Shown here piece after piece: positions 27,831 through 37,914 of a stretch of DNA of 64,000 nt. Source of the DNA: Planctomycetota bacterium (GTDB lineage: Bacteria; Planctomycetota; MHYJ01; JACQXL01; JACRIJ01); assembly GCA_016220095.1 (NCBI GenBank), contig JACRIJ010000111.1, positions 27,748 to 91,747 of the forward strand, read 5' to 3'. How positions within the stretch are numbered: the stretch's first letter is position 1; each line of letters opens with the position of its first letter. A model generated the notes under the pieces. That model saw nothing but the letters and a program-made list of their open reading frames with translations, made no database searches and had not been told where the DNA came from. The position numbers were made by a program, and so were the translations under genes.

Positions 27831-28775
27831 TACGGCGGCGGCTATTTGGTTCTTGCCCTTCTTCTTGGCGCGGTACATAGCCTTATCCGCGGCATCAAAG
27901 AGCTCCTGCGCATTTCCGGCATCGTCCGAATACGTTGCCACGCCTATGGAAGCCGTTATTACTACATGCAATTCGTGGTCTTCCTTGAGAAACCTTTTAT
28001 GGTCAATCTCTTCTCTTATGCGGTCCGCCACCACTATGGCCATTTCCTTGGGCGAATCCGGCAGAAGTATGGCAAATTCGTCCCCGCCGTAACGGGCAAC
28101 GATATCCTGGTCCCGCAAGTTGTTTTTTATCGTAAATGCCACCTGCCTCAGTATAACGTCCCCAAACAGGTGTCCGAAATTGTCGTTGTAGTTCTTGAAA
28201 TTATCAACGTCCAGCATGAGAATAGACAGTTTTTTGCCGTCCCTGCCGGCCTGCGCGACCATTTCCTTCAATTTGTCCTGAAAAAACCTGTGGTTATACA
28301 CGCCCGTAAGGCTGTCTATATTGACGAATACGGTTATGCGGTCCATGGCGTCTTCGCTCAAAAGCCGTACGTTCTGGATAAGTTTCAGATGATTGCTCAG
28401 GTAGTCCAGCGCCGCTACGCGTACGCCGACGTTGCGCCCGAGTTTTTCGCTCAGGAAATATTTATGCTTGATTATCCCGCGCCAGATCTCCCTGGCCTTG
28501 ACCGTATCAAAACGCTGATAAGTAATGGTAAACAGCAGATCCGAAAAAAAATCCTCGCCGCCGGCGAGATTCTGGAGTTTTTTCTCAAAATCCTCCGCTG
28601 ATAAACCTTCGGCCTGCGCGTCGCCCGCAAGAATATCTATGATATTGATGCCGTTGTCTTCGTGTTCCTGGATCATTTTAACAATGTCAAGGTCCTCGGC
28701 AACGGCAAGGTCCGGCTGGAAAACGCTTGGCCCCGAAGGCCGGGGATCTCTTTTTTCTAAAAATTCTTTTGACAT
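27807..28775 (-). CDS. diguanylate cyclase (GGDEF) with uncharacterised N-terminal domain
   Basis: 322 aa; RYGGDEFAILL active site; LTGVYNHRFF. Confidence 0.8.
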   Translation of the reverse strand: MSKEFLEKRDPRPSGPSVFQPDLAVAEDLDIVKMIQEHEDNGINIIDILAGDAQAEGLSAEDFEKKLQNLAGGEDFFSDLLFTITYQRFDTVKAREIWRGIIKHKYFLSEKLGRNVGVRVAALDYLSNHLKLIQNVRLLSEDAMDRITVFVNIDSLTGVYNHRFFQDKLKEMVAQAGRDGKKLSILMLDVDNFKNYNDNFGHLFGDVILRQVAFTIKNNLRDQDIVARYGGDEFAILLPDSPKEMAIVVADRIREEIDHKRFLKEDHELHVVITASIGVATYSDDAGNAQELFDAADKAMYRAKKKGKNQIAAAVSRKKNEK

Positions 28776-28827
28776 ATTTGTATAAGAATATTCTTTTACT
28801 TAAAAAAAGTCAACAGGAAATTCATAC

Positions 28828-28849
28828 GAAGGATGAAGAAGGAAGGACG
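28828..28849 (-). repeat. repeat family A copy A6 (short, reverse)
   Basis: gaaggatgaagaaggaaggacg; adjacent to C2. Confidence 0.5.
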
Positions 28850-28945
28850 TTTTCCGGTTCCCGTTGCCCATTTCCCGGTTCCCGTTTAAACGGGCCATGT
28901 ACCGGTACTGATGCATGGCGGGCCACGGGAAACGGATCACGGCTC
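28846..28945. repeat. repeat family C copy C2 (reverse complement of C1 with a 26-bp palindromic insertion)
   Basis: ggacgttttccggttcccgttgcccatttcccggttcccgtttaaacggg...ggccacgggaaacggatcacgg; insertion ccatgtaccggtactgatgcatggcg. Confidence 0.7.
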
Positions 28946-29062
28946 CTGCCTTCCATATACCATAGTACTTTCATATATTATATAGACGTTGTTATTTCGC
29001 ATTTTATTGACTTTTTAGGGGGTTTTTGTTACGATTCTTATGGACTTATAGGAGTTATTTGA

Positions 29063-29941
29063 ATGCAAAAATTTTATTTCCTTGATAAATACGCCAAAAC
29101 TCTGCTGATTGTTTGCGTGGCTGTTGCGATAATCGCAGGATTGTTCCTGTTTTCGCCGTACGGCGCGGCCCAGCAAACCGCTACTTACGTAGGAAGCGGC
29201 GACTGCGAGATGTGCCATGAAGACCTGCGCACAAAAATAAAAGACACCTCGCATGAGGCAATCTTTGACAAGGATTTGTTCCCTGAAGAAGATAAGCACG
29301 GATGCGAGGCCTGCCACGGCCCGGGTTCCAACCATGTCCAGGGCCAGGGCGAAGACAACAAGGCGCTTAAAAAAGACATTCACAGCCCGGTCAAGGTAAA
29401 TGCCGCGCTTACTACGGAAAAGTGCGTCAAATGCCATGAAATCCAGCCTGCGAAATGGCAGAACAAAGGCCATTTCACCGATAAAACCGGCTGTATCTCC
29501 TGCCATAAAATCCACATAAAAGACCCGAAAAAGGATTTCATGATACCGCAGGACAGCAAGCTCTGCGCGACCTGCCACCAGAAACAAATTACGGCATTTA
29601 ATAAGAGCAAACACAGTAAAGAGATGACCAAAAACATTGAATGCTTTAACTGCCATAATCCGCACGTGCCCCTGGAAGAACAGAAAATCACGGCTTGCGT
29701 AAAATGCCATGCCGACAAAAAAGGGCCTTTCCTCCACCCGCACGGAGCTGTTGAAAAAAGAGGATGCGGCGGATGCCATAATCCGCATGTGCTTGAAGTT
29801 AAAAAAGAAGACCTGCCGGTCAAGGACCTTATCCCGAACCTCTGTACGAATTGCCATAAAACGCCGCATTTTCCCAAGGGTTGTATAATGTGCCATCAGA
29901 AGCCGCATGGCTCCAATGTGGATGAATTTTTATTAAGGTAA
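29063..29941 (+). CDS. membrane-anchored decaheme c-type cytochrome
   Basis: 292 aa; N-terminal TM anchor; 10 CxxCH motifs (CEMCH, CEACH, CVKCH, CISCH, CATCH, CFNCH, CVKCH, CGGCH, CTNCH, CIMCH). Confidence 0.85.
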   Translation: MQKFYFLDKYAKTLLIVCVAVAIIAGLFLFSPYGAAQQTATYVGSGDCEMCHEDLRTKIKDTSHEAIFDKDLFPEEDKHGCEACHGPGSNHVQGQGEDNKALKKDIHSPVKVNAALTTEKCVKCHEIQPAKWQNKGHFTDKTGCISCHKIHIKDPKKDFMIPQDSKLCATCHQKQITAFNKSKHSKEMTKNIECFNCHNPHVPLEEQKITACVKCHADKKGPFLHPHGAVEKRGCGGCHNPHVLEVKKEDLPVKDLIPNLCTNCHKTPHFPKGCIMCHQKPHGSNVDEFLLR

Positions 29942-29948
29942 GTTTTGT

Positions 29949-31244
29949 ATGTGCATAAAAAAAATACGTAACGGTTTGATTCTAACCGTGTCTGTCGGTC
30001 TGCTCGCTTTTCTGGCTTCAAGCATCTTTTCGGATGAATCCGACCAGCCGAAATATATCGGCAGTGACGATTGCGAGATGTGCCATGATACCATGAAGAC
30101 GGATATCGCCAAAGGCGTGCATGCGTTTATATTTGACAGCAAGGATACGCCGGAAATATACGGGTGCGAGGCCTGCCACGGCCCCGGCGAAAAACACGTG
30201 CAAGGCCAGGGTGAAGACAACGCAGACCTTAAAAAAATAATGATCAATCCCGCCAAGGCAACCGCGGACGTCAGTTCCGCCCAGTGCATGAAATGCCATA
30301 AGGATTTTTTTGACGAACAGGATTGGCTTAACGGCAGGCATATTAAGAATAATATCGGGTGCCCGAAATGCCATAAGATACATGCCTATGACCCCAAAAA
30401 GGACCCCATCAAGGAAGGATATAAGTTCTGCCTCAAAGAATGCCATGACGCGCAGGAAAAGGAATTCGCTAATTCCAAGGCGAAATTCGGGCATAAGATT
30501 CCCAAGGTCGCGAACTGCCTGAGCTGCCACTCCCCGCATTCCAGAATCAACCTGAATACCTCGCGGGAGGCCTGCGTAAAATGCCACGCGGATAAAAAAG
30601 GCCCGTTCAAGTTCAATCACGGCAACGGCCGCATACAGGAATGCACGGTATGCCATTATCCGCACGTCATGGACGAACCTAAAATGCTGAAAAGGAAGGT
30701 GTCGCTTGACCTGATGTACGAAGAGCCGAAGATGGACGACAAAAAGAAAAAGGACCAGGAAAAAAAGGACAAAGATAAACATAAAGAAGGCGAACTTTCC
30801 GAAAGGGACGTAATTACATTCTGCCTGCAATGCCATACACAACACAAGACGGACAATTGCCTCGGATGCCACCAACAGCCCCTGCACGTAGAGCCTCCGA
30901 AACAGGGCATGTGCCAGAGATGCCACGCGGGACACGGTTTTGCAGGATGCCCGACCTGCCACGGCAACCCGCATCCGAACGGCGTTACGCCGCGGGATTG
31001 CAGTAAATGCCACCAGCCGCATACCACGAAAAGCTGTCTGGATTGCCATCCTTTCATGCACGGGTCAAACGATTCAAGGCGATTCTTTGAGCCGACAGTA
31101 TCAATAAAAATTCCGGGCGACGACCTGACGCCGAAACCGCAGTTAGTCAGCAAGAGAAAACAACCGACAGGCGGCACCGGAGGCGCAGGAAGCGGTTCCG
31201 ATAGCAACAAGCCAGAAGGGCCGGGAACGTCAAGCGGCAAATGA
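29949..31244 (+). CDS. 14-heme c-type cytochrome (13 CxxCH plus one CxxxCH), paralogous to the upstream decaheme over the N-terminal approx 200 aa
   Basis: 431 aa; signal peptide; shared CEMCH...CEACHGPG..HVQGQGEDN block; CLKECH variant site; K/D-rich linker (KKKKDQEKKDKDKHKEG) before a C-terminal 6-heme module; G/S-rich tail. Confidence 0.85.
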   Translation: MCIKKIRNGLILTVSVGLLAFLASSIFSDESDQPKYIGSDDCEMCHDTMKTDIAKGVHAFIFDSKDTPEIYGCEACHGPGEKHVQGQGEDNADLKKIMINPAKATADVSSAQCMKCHKDFFDEQDWLNGRHIKNNIGCPKCHKIHAYDPKKDPIKEGYKFCLKECHDAQEKEFANSKAKFGHKIPKVANCLSCHSPHSRINLNTSREACVKCHADKKGPFKFNHGNGRIQECTVCHYPHVMDEPKMLKRKVSLDLMYEEPKMDDKKKKDQEKKDKDKHKEGELSERDVITFCLQCHTQHKTDNCLGCHQQPLHVEPPKQGMCQRCHAGHGFAGCPTCHGNPHPNGVTPRDCSKCHQPHTTKSCLDCHPFMHGSNDSRRFFEPTVSIKIPGDDLTPKPQLVSKRKQPTGGTGGAGSGSDSNKPEGPGTSSGK

Positions 31245-31495
31245 CGAACGATATCAGTGGCCAGCTGCCAGTGATGAATTAATAATAACGCAATTTGAAA
31301 TTTGAGATTTGAAATCTGATAACGGTATCCGCATGCAACGGCCAGCAATCGGCCGTCAGCAGAACGAAGTATAACCTGGAATAAAATTCCTCAGCATACA
31401 TATCACATCCGGCAGACCCGCCTAACCACTCCCCACTCCTTCGGAGTTGACCGTTTGCATTGAACAACGCTTGAACCACATTGAACTATGCCGTT

Positions 31496-32584
31496 CTATT
31501 TCAACCTGAACGTTCCCGCGGTTTTTTCAAAGATTTCGCTGTATTTGTCAAAATTGCCGTACTTCGCGGCGCCGCTTATCATATATGCCTTTCCGTTTCT
31601 TTCTACCACATACATCATCAGCGTAATCTTGTCTTCGCCGAATCCGTAAGGATATTTAATCCACCTCGCATCCATGCCGCCGATGCTCGTCTTGCCGGAT
31701 GTCACCTCTTCAGGGCTGTCCGAAAGACTGCCGCAGGAATCAATGTTCGCCTGGACATATTCGTCAAACGCCATGCCTTCCGGCATGTATTCGGTTATTA
31801 TCGTAATGTTCTCGCTGAAGGTGTCGCCGTCGCCTTCGGAGGGGCTTATTCCCACCATCTCGGCCCCTGAAGAATCCTCCTCCACCTCCCACCCGTCGGG
31901 AAATTGAATCGTATAGTCTTTTTCAACCGGCGCTACGGGTTCGTCCCCGTACAAATCAAAAGAACTGTCCAATGTAAATGTCATCGCGATTTCTTCAAAT
32001 TGCGCCGCAAATCCGTCAAACGACCCCGGCGTAGCCGAACAAATAATGGAATATCCCACGCCATCCGCGAATAACACGTACATTATCCCCTTAATCTCGA
32101 TTCCTTCTATTGTAAAAGTATAGATAAGCCATTTGGCCGGGTATTCTGAGATCTCAGTGTCCCCTTCCGAAACCGCCTGGAAGTTCTGCGACTGCGCGGC
32201 TATCTCATCTTTCAGCGCCGGCAGGAATTCTTCAAGTGTAACCTCTTCAGACATGTAAACAGCCGTTACACTGACATTTTCCCTGTATCTGTCAGCATTG
32301 TTTTCAAGCGGGCTTAAAGCCTGTACCGCCACGTCACCGGTGGCTTCCGTCTGTTCCCAGCCTTCTGGAAATTCAATGGAAAAACCGAATTCCGCGTCGT
32401 AATAATAGCCGTCTTCAAGCGAATCACCGGCAATTTCCGGCTGTTCCGGCGTCTCCGGCGTTAGAACTTCTTCGGGCGCCGGCGGAGGCGGAGGGGCTGA
32501 AGCCTGCGAGGCGCATGAAGCCAGACCCGCCACTGCTCCTGAAATAATAACCGCCCATATCAATTTTTTCGGCATATGAAACAT
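31496..32584 (-). CDS. lipoprotein with two tandem approx 150-aa repeated domains (PsbP/DUF1795-like guess)
   Basis: 362 aa; lipobox LASC; P-rich linker; internal duplication (EFGFSIEFPEGWE... / YTIQFPDGWEVEED...). Confidence 0.5.
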   Translation of the reverse strand: MFHMPKKLIWAVIISGAVAGLASCASQASAPPPPPAPEEVLTPETPEQPEIAGDSLEDGYYYDAEFGFSIEFPEGWEQTEATGDVAVQALSPLENNADRYRENVSVTAVYMSEEVTLEEFLPALKDEIAAQSQNFQAVSEGDTEISEYPAKWLIYTFTIEGIEIKGIMYVLFADGVGYSIICSATPGSFDGFAAQFEEIAMTFTLDSSFDLYGDEPVAPVEKDYTIQFPDGWEVEEDSSGAEMVGISPSEGDGDTFSENITIITEYMPEGMAFDEYVQANIDSCGSLSDSPEEVTSGKTSIGGMDARWIKYPYGFGEDKITLMMYVVERNGKAYMISGAAKYGNFDKYSEIFEKTAGTFRLK

Positions 32585-32642
32585 GTAAATTCTCCTTTAA
32601 TAGATTTAACGAATTACGATTGTTTTCTAATTTCTGTGAGAG

Positions 32643-32664
32643 GGCGAATAGCCATTCGCCCCTA
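32643..32664. repeat. palindrome family F copy F1 (GGGCGAATGGCCATTCGCCC-like hairpin, terminator-like)
   Basis: gggcgaatagccattcgccc between the MFS stop and the next gene. Confidence 0.6.
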
Positions 32665-32666
32665 CT

Positions 32667-32705
32667 CATTTTCGTCCCGTCCTTCATTCTTCCTTCTTCA
32701 TACTC
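32667..32705 (+). repeat. repeat family A copy A7, overlapping the last codons and stop of the MFS gene
   Basis: cattttcgtcccgtccttcattcttccttcttcatactc; its reverse complement encodes ...SMKKEE*. Confidence 0.7.
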
Positions 32706-33928
32706 TCTTTCACGAACGTCATCATTATAACCGCCGTTACCGTTAATGCAAGGGAAACCGCGAATGGAACTGCCACGTTGTATTTGTCCCACAGCCTGCC
32801 TGCCATGAACGACGCCGGCAACGCGCATAATCCCACGCACATCTGGTAAAATCCCAGGCCGCTCGCCCTGTATTCCGCCGGCACCACTTCGGATACGAAT
32901 GCCTTCTGCACCGGGTCCAGCGCACCTTTATGCAGGCCATACAATATGAAAACAATCACTACCGTCCAAAACCCGGCTCCGTTCACCGACAGATCGCCGT
33001 TCTTCGGCCTGAAAAATACCATAACGACGCATAACAAAATCCAGAACAGGAACCCTATCTGCAAAACCGTTTTCCGGCCTATCTTGTCAGCCAGCTTCCC
33101 GAACGGAAACGACGCTATTGACGCCATGGCCGTAAACGCCAGATAAAGCAGGATTATCGATTCGGTCGCAAACCCGGCCTCCTTCGCATACATCAGCAGG
33201 AACGAATAGCTGAACGCACCGAGCGAGAAAAAAACGCTCAGTGCAAGAAAGAATTTGAAATTCGCGTCAAGATGCCTGTATCTCAAGCCTTTAAAAACTT
33301 TTGTTTCCGACGGCCTATCCTCCCTGACAAACGCCAGTATCATTACCACGCCTATAACGGACGGTATCGCGGCTATCCAGAACAGGTGTTGAAACCCTAT
33401 CTTCGTGCCTACGCCGAAATACTTCACCATTAACAGGCAAATTATAATTCCGCATACGGCGCCGAGATTATCCATCGCGCGAAGGAAACCGAAATTCCTT
33501 CCGCGGTTTTCCTGTGTTGAAACGTCAGCTATCATCGCGTCGCGCGGGGCCCCGCGCATCTTGCCCGCACGGTCAAGGATGCGGAACGGTATCAGATACT
33601 GCCATACCGCGGCAACCGCGTAGCCGACTCGCGATAAGGCGGCAAACATGTATCCAAGCCAGATGAAAAATTTGCGCTTCCTTATGCGGTCGGAAATATA
33701 TCCGGATACGGCCTGGGAAACCGACACTATCGCATCTCCAAGACCGTCAAGAAACCCGAGCCACGTCATGTCAGCGCCGAGACTCTTTACGAAAAGCGGC
33801 CAGATGGGATAAATCATGTCCGAGCCCATGTCGTTCAAGAACGACGCCAGGCCGAAGGTTCTTACGGTACGTTTGGAGTTGTTTCCGGAATTGCCCATAT
33901 TAGATGGCGGTGTTATTGATTCATTCAT
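32684..33928 (-). CDS. MFS transporter
   Basis: 414 aa; 12 predicted TM segments; MFS motif GxLaDRxGrkxxl-like (GKLADKIGRKTVL). Confidence 0.8.
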   Translation of the reverse strand: MNESITPPSNMGNSGNNSKRTVRTFGLASFLNDMGSDMIYPIWPLFVKSLGADMTWLGFLDGLGDAIVSVSQAVSGYISDRIRKRKFFIWLGYMFAALSRVGYAVAAVWQYLIPFRILDRAGKMRGAPRDAMIADVSTQENRGRNFGFLRAMDNLGAVCGIIICLLMVKYFGVGTKIGFQHLFWIAAIPSVIGVVMILAFVREDRPSETKVFKGLRYRHLDANFKFFLALSVFFSLGAFSYSFLLMYAKEAGFATESIILLYLAFTAMASIASFPFGKLADKIGRKTVLQIGFLFWILLCVVMVFFRPKNGDLSVNGAGFWTVVIVFILYGLHKGALDPVQKAFVSEVVPAEYRASGLGFYQMCVGLCALPASFMAGRLWDKYNVAVPFAVSLALTVTAVIMMTFVKESMKKEE

Positions 33929-33969
33929 GTTTTATTCCAAATGCAACATGGCTACAACCACTACGATTT

Positions 33970-34008
33970 TTGCCACGAAGGCACGAAAGAGTTACGAAAG
34001 AAACGCCG
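33970..34008 (-). repeat. repeat family D copy D4 (TTCGTGCCTTCGTGGCAAA-like, reverse)
   Basis: ttgccacgaaggcacgaaagagttacgaaagaaacgcc. Confidence 0.5.
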
Positions 34009-34070
34009 AAATGATTACCTTAAAAATCTCCTGATTTCGTCATGCGTACCGGCAATTGTGAATTCAAATC

Positions 34071-34322
34071 TCATAGTCCTGACAAATGCCTTTTTGCCTG
34101 TTTTGTCGTTAAGAATGATTTTCCTTTTTCACCGGACAATTCCGCTATTTTATTCCATTCGTCTGTGGAAAAAACAGATTCGGCTTCCTTTTCATCCAAG
34201 AATTTTTCCACGGCCTTGGAAATAATCCAGGATTTTGTGCGTTCCGCCTTTTCGCAGAATTCATTCACTCTTTCAAGAAGATTCTTGTCCAGTGTTGTTG
34301 AAATATGTATATAGTTTCTCAT
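34071..34322 (-). CDS. ribbon-helix-helix (CopG-like) DNA-binding protein
   Basis: 83 aa; N-terminal beta-strand IHISTTLDKNLLERV followed by two helices; 7 nt downstream of purSL. Confidence 0.55.
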   Translation of the reverse strand: MRNYIHISTTLDKNLLERVNEFCEKAERTKSWIISKAVEKFLDEKEAESVFSTDEWNKIAELSGEKGKSFLTTKQAKRHLSGL

Positions 34323-34329
34323 ATATTAC

Positions 34330-37185
34330 CTACCATTTCAATGGTTTTTGCCATGCGTCTTTTAATTCCTTTAATCCGGCATCAACGACGGTTTTGCCGT
34401 CCAGCCCGTTGATTTTCAAGCTGTCTTTTTTGGTTGTCCTGCCTATGTTGCCTACAGGAAGGCCTTTGAAAAATTTCTCAAACATCTTCGCCTTTTCCGG
34501 CGCTACTTCCACTATAAACCTTCCATTGCTTTCGCTGAACAGTATTTCATCGTTCCTGTTCGTACCTTCAACCGGAACTGCCTTCAAATCAATCTGCGCG
34601 CCGAGCCCGCCGGCAAATGCCATCTCCGCTATTGCCACTCCCAGCCCGCCTTCGCTTGCATCATGACAGCTGAGCGCCAGCCCTTCGCCAATCGCGCGCG
34701 ATAATTTTTCCATAACGTCTTTATTAAGACGCGCATCCACCTGCGGAACGTTGTTTCCAATACAGCCATTCAACGCGTAGTAATGCGAACCGCCGAGTTC
34801 CGACCTGGTCATGCCGATTATATATATGAAAGAACCCTCTTTTTTCAAGTCCATGCTTATCGCCTTATCCACGTCCGGCATCACGCATATCGCCGAAATC
34901 AAAAGCGACGGGGGTATTGCGATGGTGCCTTTTTCCGTTGCAAATTCGTTATTCAGGCTGTCCTTGCCGGAGATGAACGGTGTGCAGTAAATTTTCGCGA
35001 TGTCATAACATGCCTGCGATGCCCTTACAAGGCCGCCGAGGCGGTCGGGCTTATTTGTATTGCCCCATGAAAAATTATCCAGCAGAGCGGTCTTTTCAAG
35101 ATTACCGCCCGCGGCTATCACGTTGCGAAGCGCCTCGTCTATGGAAGACGCCGCCATCCAGTACGGGTCTATATCTCCGAATTTCGGGCTCATGCCGTTT
35201 GCCACGATTATGCCCTTTCTGGAACCCAAAACCGGCCTGACTATGCAGGCGTCCGACGGGCCGTATTCGGGGCCGGCCAGGGATTTCATTACGCTCCTTG
35301 CCTGGACTTCGTGGTCATATTGGCGTATTATCCATTCCTTACTGCATATATTATAGGAAGAAAGCAAATTTTTCAGCACGCTGTTATAATTCTTTTGCAA
35401 AGCAATTTTCGGCTCGCTGAACTTCAACGGTTCCCAGACCGCCTTTCTTGACGATTTCGGAACGCCCTTATGCAGGAAGAGCATATCAATATCCGCGACC
35501 TTATTGCCCTGATAATGCAAGACAAGCCGTTTGGTATCCGTAAATTTTCCCAATACGGTAGCCTCTACGTTTTCTTCGTTAAAAATCTGCATTATGGCGT
35601 CAAGTTTTTCCGGAGGCACGGAAATGACCATTCTTTCCTGAGCTTCGGATATCCAGATTTCGGTATAAGAAAGCCCTTCGTATTTCAGAGGCACTTTTGA
35701 GAGTTCCACTTCGGCGCCGAGTTCCTCGCCCATTTCGCCGATTGCCGAAGACAGGCCGCCCGCGCCGCAATCAGTTATGCACGTGTAAAGCCCTTTGTCG
35801 CGCGCCTGCAGGATGGTATCAAGAACTTTTTTTTCCATTATGGCATTGCCTATCTGTACGGCGCCGCTTGAAACGGTTTCAGATTCGTGCGTAAGTTCCA
35901 CAGAAGAAAAAGTCGCGCCGTGTATGCCGTCGCGTCCGGTGCGGCCGCCTGCTACGACAATCAAATCGCCCGCGCGCGAAGCCTTATTAATCTTGTCTTT
36001 CGGCATTACGCCGACGGTGCCGCAATACACGAGAGGATTGCCAGTATAACGTTCGTCAAAGAATACCGCGCCGTTGCACGTAGGTATGCCCATGCGGTTG
36101 CCGTAATCGCGCACGCCGGCAACCACGCCTTTGAGCACGCGTTTGGGGTGCAAAGCGCCTTTGGGGACTTTTTTGTATTCCATATCCGGCAGACCTACGC
36201 AAAAGACGTCCGTATTCATAATAGGTTTTGCGCCCATGCCGCAGCCGAGTATATCCCTGATAACGCCGCCGATACCGGTGCCTGCGCCGCCGTACGGATC
36301 TATGGCGGACGGATGATTGTGCGTTTCAACCTTGAAACAAACAGCGGTATTTTCATCAAATTCAATCACGCCTGCGTTATCCGTAAATACCGACAGGCAC
36401 CAGGGTTTATTGAGTTCCTGCGTAACCTTCATTATAGTGCCTTTAAGCAGGTTCTGGATAGGCGCGCCGTTAAAATCAATATTGCCGGCAAATGTTTTAT
36501 GTTTGCAATGTTCCGACCAGGTCTGTGCGATGGTTTCAAGTTCCGCGTCAGTCGGGTTCCTGTCAAGCGATATAAAATAATTTTGAACGGTCTTCAATTC
36601 TTCAAGATTAAGCGAAAGCGTATATTGTTTATTGAACTCAAGCAATTGTTCGTCTGACGCGCCGAGAAGAGGGACGGTTACAAGCCTGAATTTATACGGT
36701 TTTGATTTAGGAAGTTCTTTGAATTCCTTTTGTCCGAAAAAGAAGTCATCCACGGCCTCATTAGCGAGCGATTTTTTTACGAGGGTTTCAAGGTTTTTGC
36801 TGGAAATCTTACCGGTGACGAGGTATTTCCTGCCGGACTTGACGGCATAGGCCTTCATCCCAAGTTCGGCAATGCCTTTAAGGGCGCTGGCTTCCACGGG
36901 GTCCATGACGCCGGGCTTGCGGAAAATGGAAACCGCATGCGTGGATTTACCGGGATTGCTAAGCGGCCTGTTAACGGAATAAACTTCGGTGACCTTGTCA
37001 ATGAGAAGTTCCTCGGCAACGGTTTTAATCTGAGACTCCGCAATGTCCGCGTCAATAAGGTACAGCCGGAAGGCCTGTACGCGGGAGATGCCTTTAATGT
37101 TAAGGTCATGCGCGTTAAGGATGACGTCATTTCCCGACGGGTCGGGATATTCTTTTTTGTTGGCGATTTCAATGTACCAGAGCAT
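34330..37185 (-). CDS. purL: phosphoribosylformylglycinamidine synthase PurL with N-terminal PurS-like extension (PurSL fusion)
   Basis: 951 aa; PurS-like N-terminus; AIR-synthase-related domains with DxGxGGxxxD-type motifs (HNHPSAIDPYGGAGTGIGGVIRD). Confidence 0.85.
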   Translation of the reverse strand: MLWYIEIANKKEYPDPSGNDVILNAHDLNIKGISRVQAFRLYLIDADIAESQIKTVAEELLIDKVTEVYSVNRPLSNPGKSTHAVSIFRKPGVMDPVEASALKGIAELGMKAYAVKSGRKYLVTGKISSKNLETLVKKSLANEAVDDFFFGQKEFKELPKSKPYKFRLVTVPLLGASDEQLLEFNKQYTLSLNLEELKTVQNYFISLDRNPTDAELETIAQTWSEHCKHKTFAGNIDFNGAPIQNLLKGTIMKVTQELNKPWCLSVFTDNAGVIEFDENTAVCFKVETHNHPSAIDPYGGAGTGIGGVIRDILGCGMGAKPIMNTDVFCVGLPDMEYKKVPKGALHPKRVLKGVVAGVRDYGNRMGIPTCNGAVFFDERYTGNPLVYCGTVGVMPKDKINKASRAGDLIVVAGGRTGRDGIHGATFSSVELTHESETVSSGAVQIGNAIMEKKVLDTILQARDKGLYTCITDCGAGGLSSAIGEMGEELGAEVELSKVPLKYEGLSYTEIWISEAQERMVISVPPEKLDAIMQIFNEENVEATVLGKFTDTKRLVLHYQGNKVADIDMLFLHKGVPKSSRKAVWEPLKFSEPKIALQKNYNSVLKNLLSSYNICSKEWIIRQYDHEVQARSVMKSLAGPEYGPSDACIVRPVLGSRKGIIVANGMSPKFGDIDPYWMAASSIDEALRNVIAAGGNLEKTALLDNFSWGNTNKPDRLGGLVRASQACYDIAKIYCTPFISGKDSLNNEFATEKGTIAIPPSLLISAICVMPDVDKAISMDLKKEGSFIYIIGMTRSELGGSHYYALNGCIGNNVPQVDARLNKDVMEKLSRAIGEGLALSCHDASEGGLGVAIAEMAFAGGLGAQIDLKAVPVEGTNRNDEILFSESNGRFIVEVAPEKAKMFEKFFKGLPVGNIGRTTKKDSLKINGLDGKTVVDAGLKELKDAWQKPLKW

Positions 37186-37195
37186 AAAGTGGATT

Positions 37196-37345
37196 CCAAG
37201 ATTAAAGATTACAAGATTGGAAGATTACGCACTTCCAAAGATTCTAAGATTACAAGATTGAGAAGATTACAAGATTACGAAGATTCTAAGATTCGGAAGA
37301 TTACGAAATTCCAACTAATCTTCCCAATCTTCGTAATCTTTTAAT
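37196..37345. repeat. tandem array E1: about 13 direct AAGATTNC(G) octamer/nonamer units followed by about 5 inverted AATCTTNN units (hairpin-forming)
   Basis: aagattaaagattacaagattggaagattacg...gaagattacgaaattccaactaatcttcccaatcttcgtaatcttttaatcttcctaatcttgcaatc. Confidence 0.75.
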
Positions 37346-37541
37346 CTTCCTAATCTTGCAATCATATTATTATATAAAAAGTTATGATTTGGTCAAAGGA
37401 AATGCATTTATAACACGTAACCCGTCAGTGACCGGGCAAACACGGAAAATTAACTCTTGCTTTTGGATTTGTTTTTTACTATAATGCCCGGCCTGCGTAA
37501 TAAAGCAGTACGGCATAGCCGCAACCTATAACGCGAAAATG

Positions 37542-37577
37542 AAAAATGAAGAAGGAAGAATGAAGGACGAATCTACG
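37542..37577 (-). repeat. repeat family A copy A8 (reverse)
   Basis: cgcgaaaatgaaaaatgaagaaggaagaatgaaggacgaatctacg. Confidence 0.7.
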
Positions 37578-37607
37578 AAACGAAATTTGCCACGAATAAA
37601 CAATTTA

Positions 37608-37657
37608 CAGTAGCGAGTAGTGAGTAGCGAGGGACGGAACGACGAACGACTACGCCG
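37608..37657 (-). repeat. repeat family B copy B6 (reverse), adjacent to A8
   Basis: cagtagcgagtagtgagtagcgagggacggaacgacgaacgactacgcc. Confidence 0.7.
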
Positions 37658-37914
37658 ATTAGCCACAGAGACCACAGAGTACACAGAGATTGACGACAAT
37701 TTTTAAGCGCGTACAAAAGTCAATGGCTGTATTGCCTGTAAACTGTCATCAAACGCTCGTCTTCAGCTTTGACGAGGAGATGGCCAGCTTGACAAAGTCG
37801 TCGTAGCTCTCTGAGTCCTCTGTGCCTCTGTGGCTAAATCCGTATCGTCGTTTCGTTATTCAGTCGTTTAATCTTCTGCGCAAAACACGCGGAAGTTGCG
37901 TAATTAGACTCTAA

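Noticed and set aside
30018-31348. 347-aa and 230-aa minus-strand ORFs overlapping the cytochrome genes
   Set aside because: Antisense shadows through Cys/His-rich coding sequence; the CxxCH periodicity clearly belongs to the plus strand.
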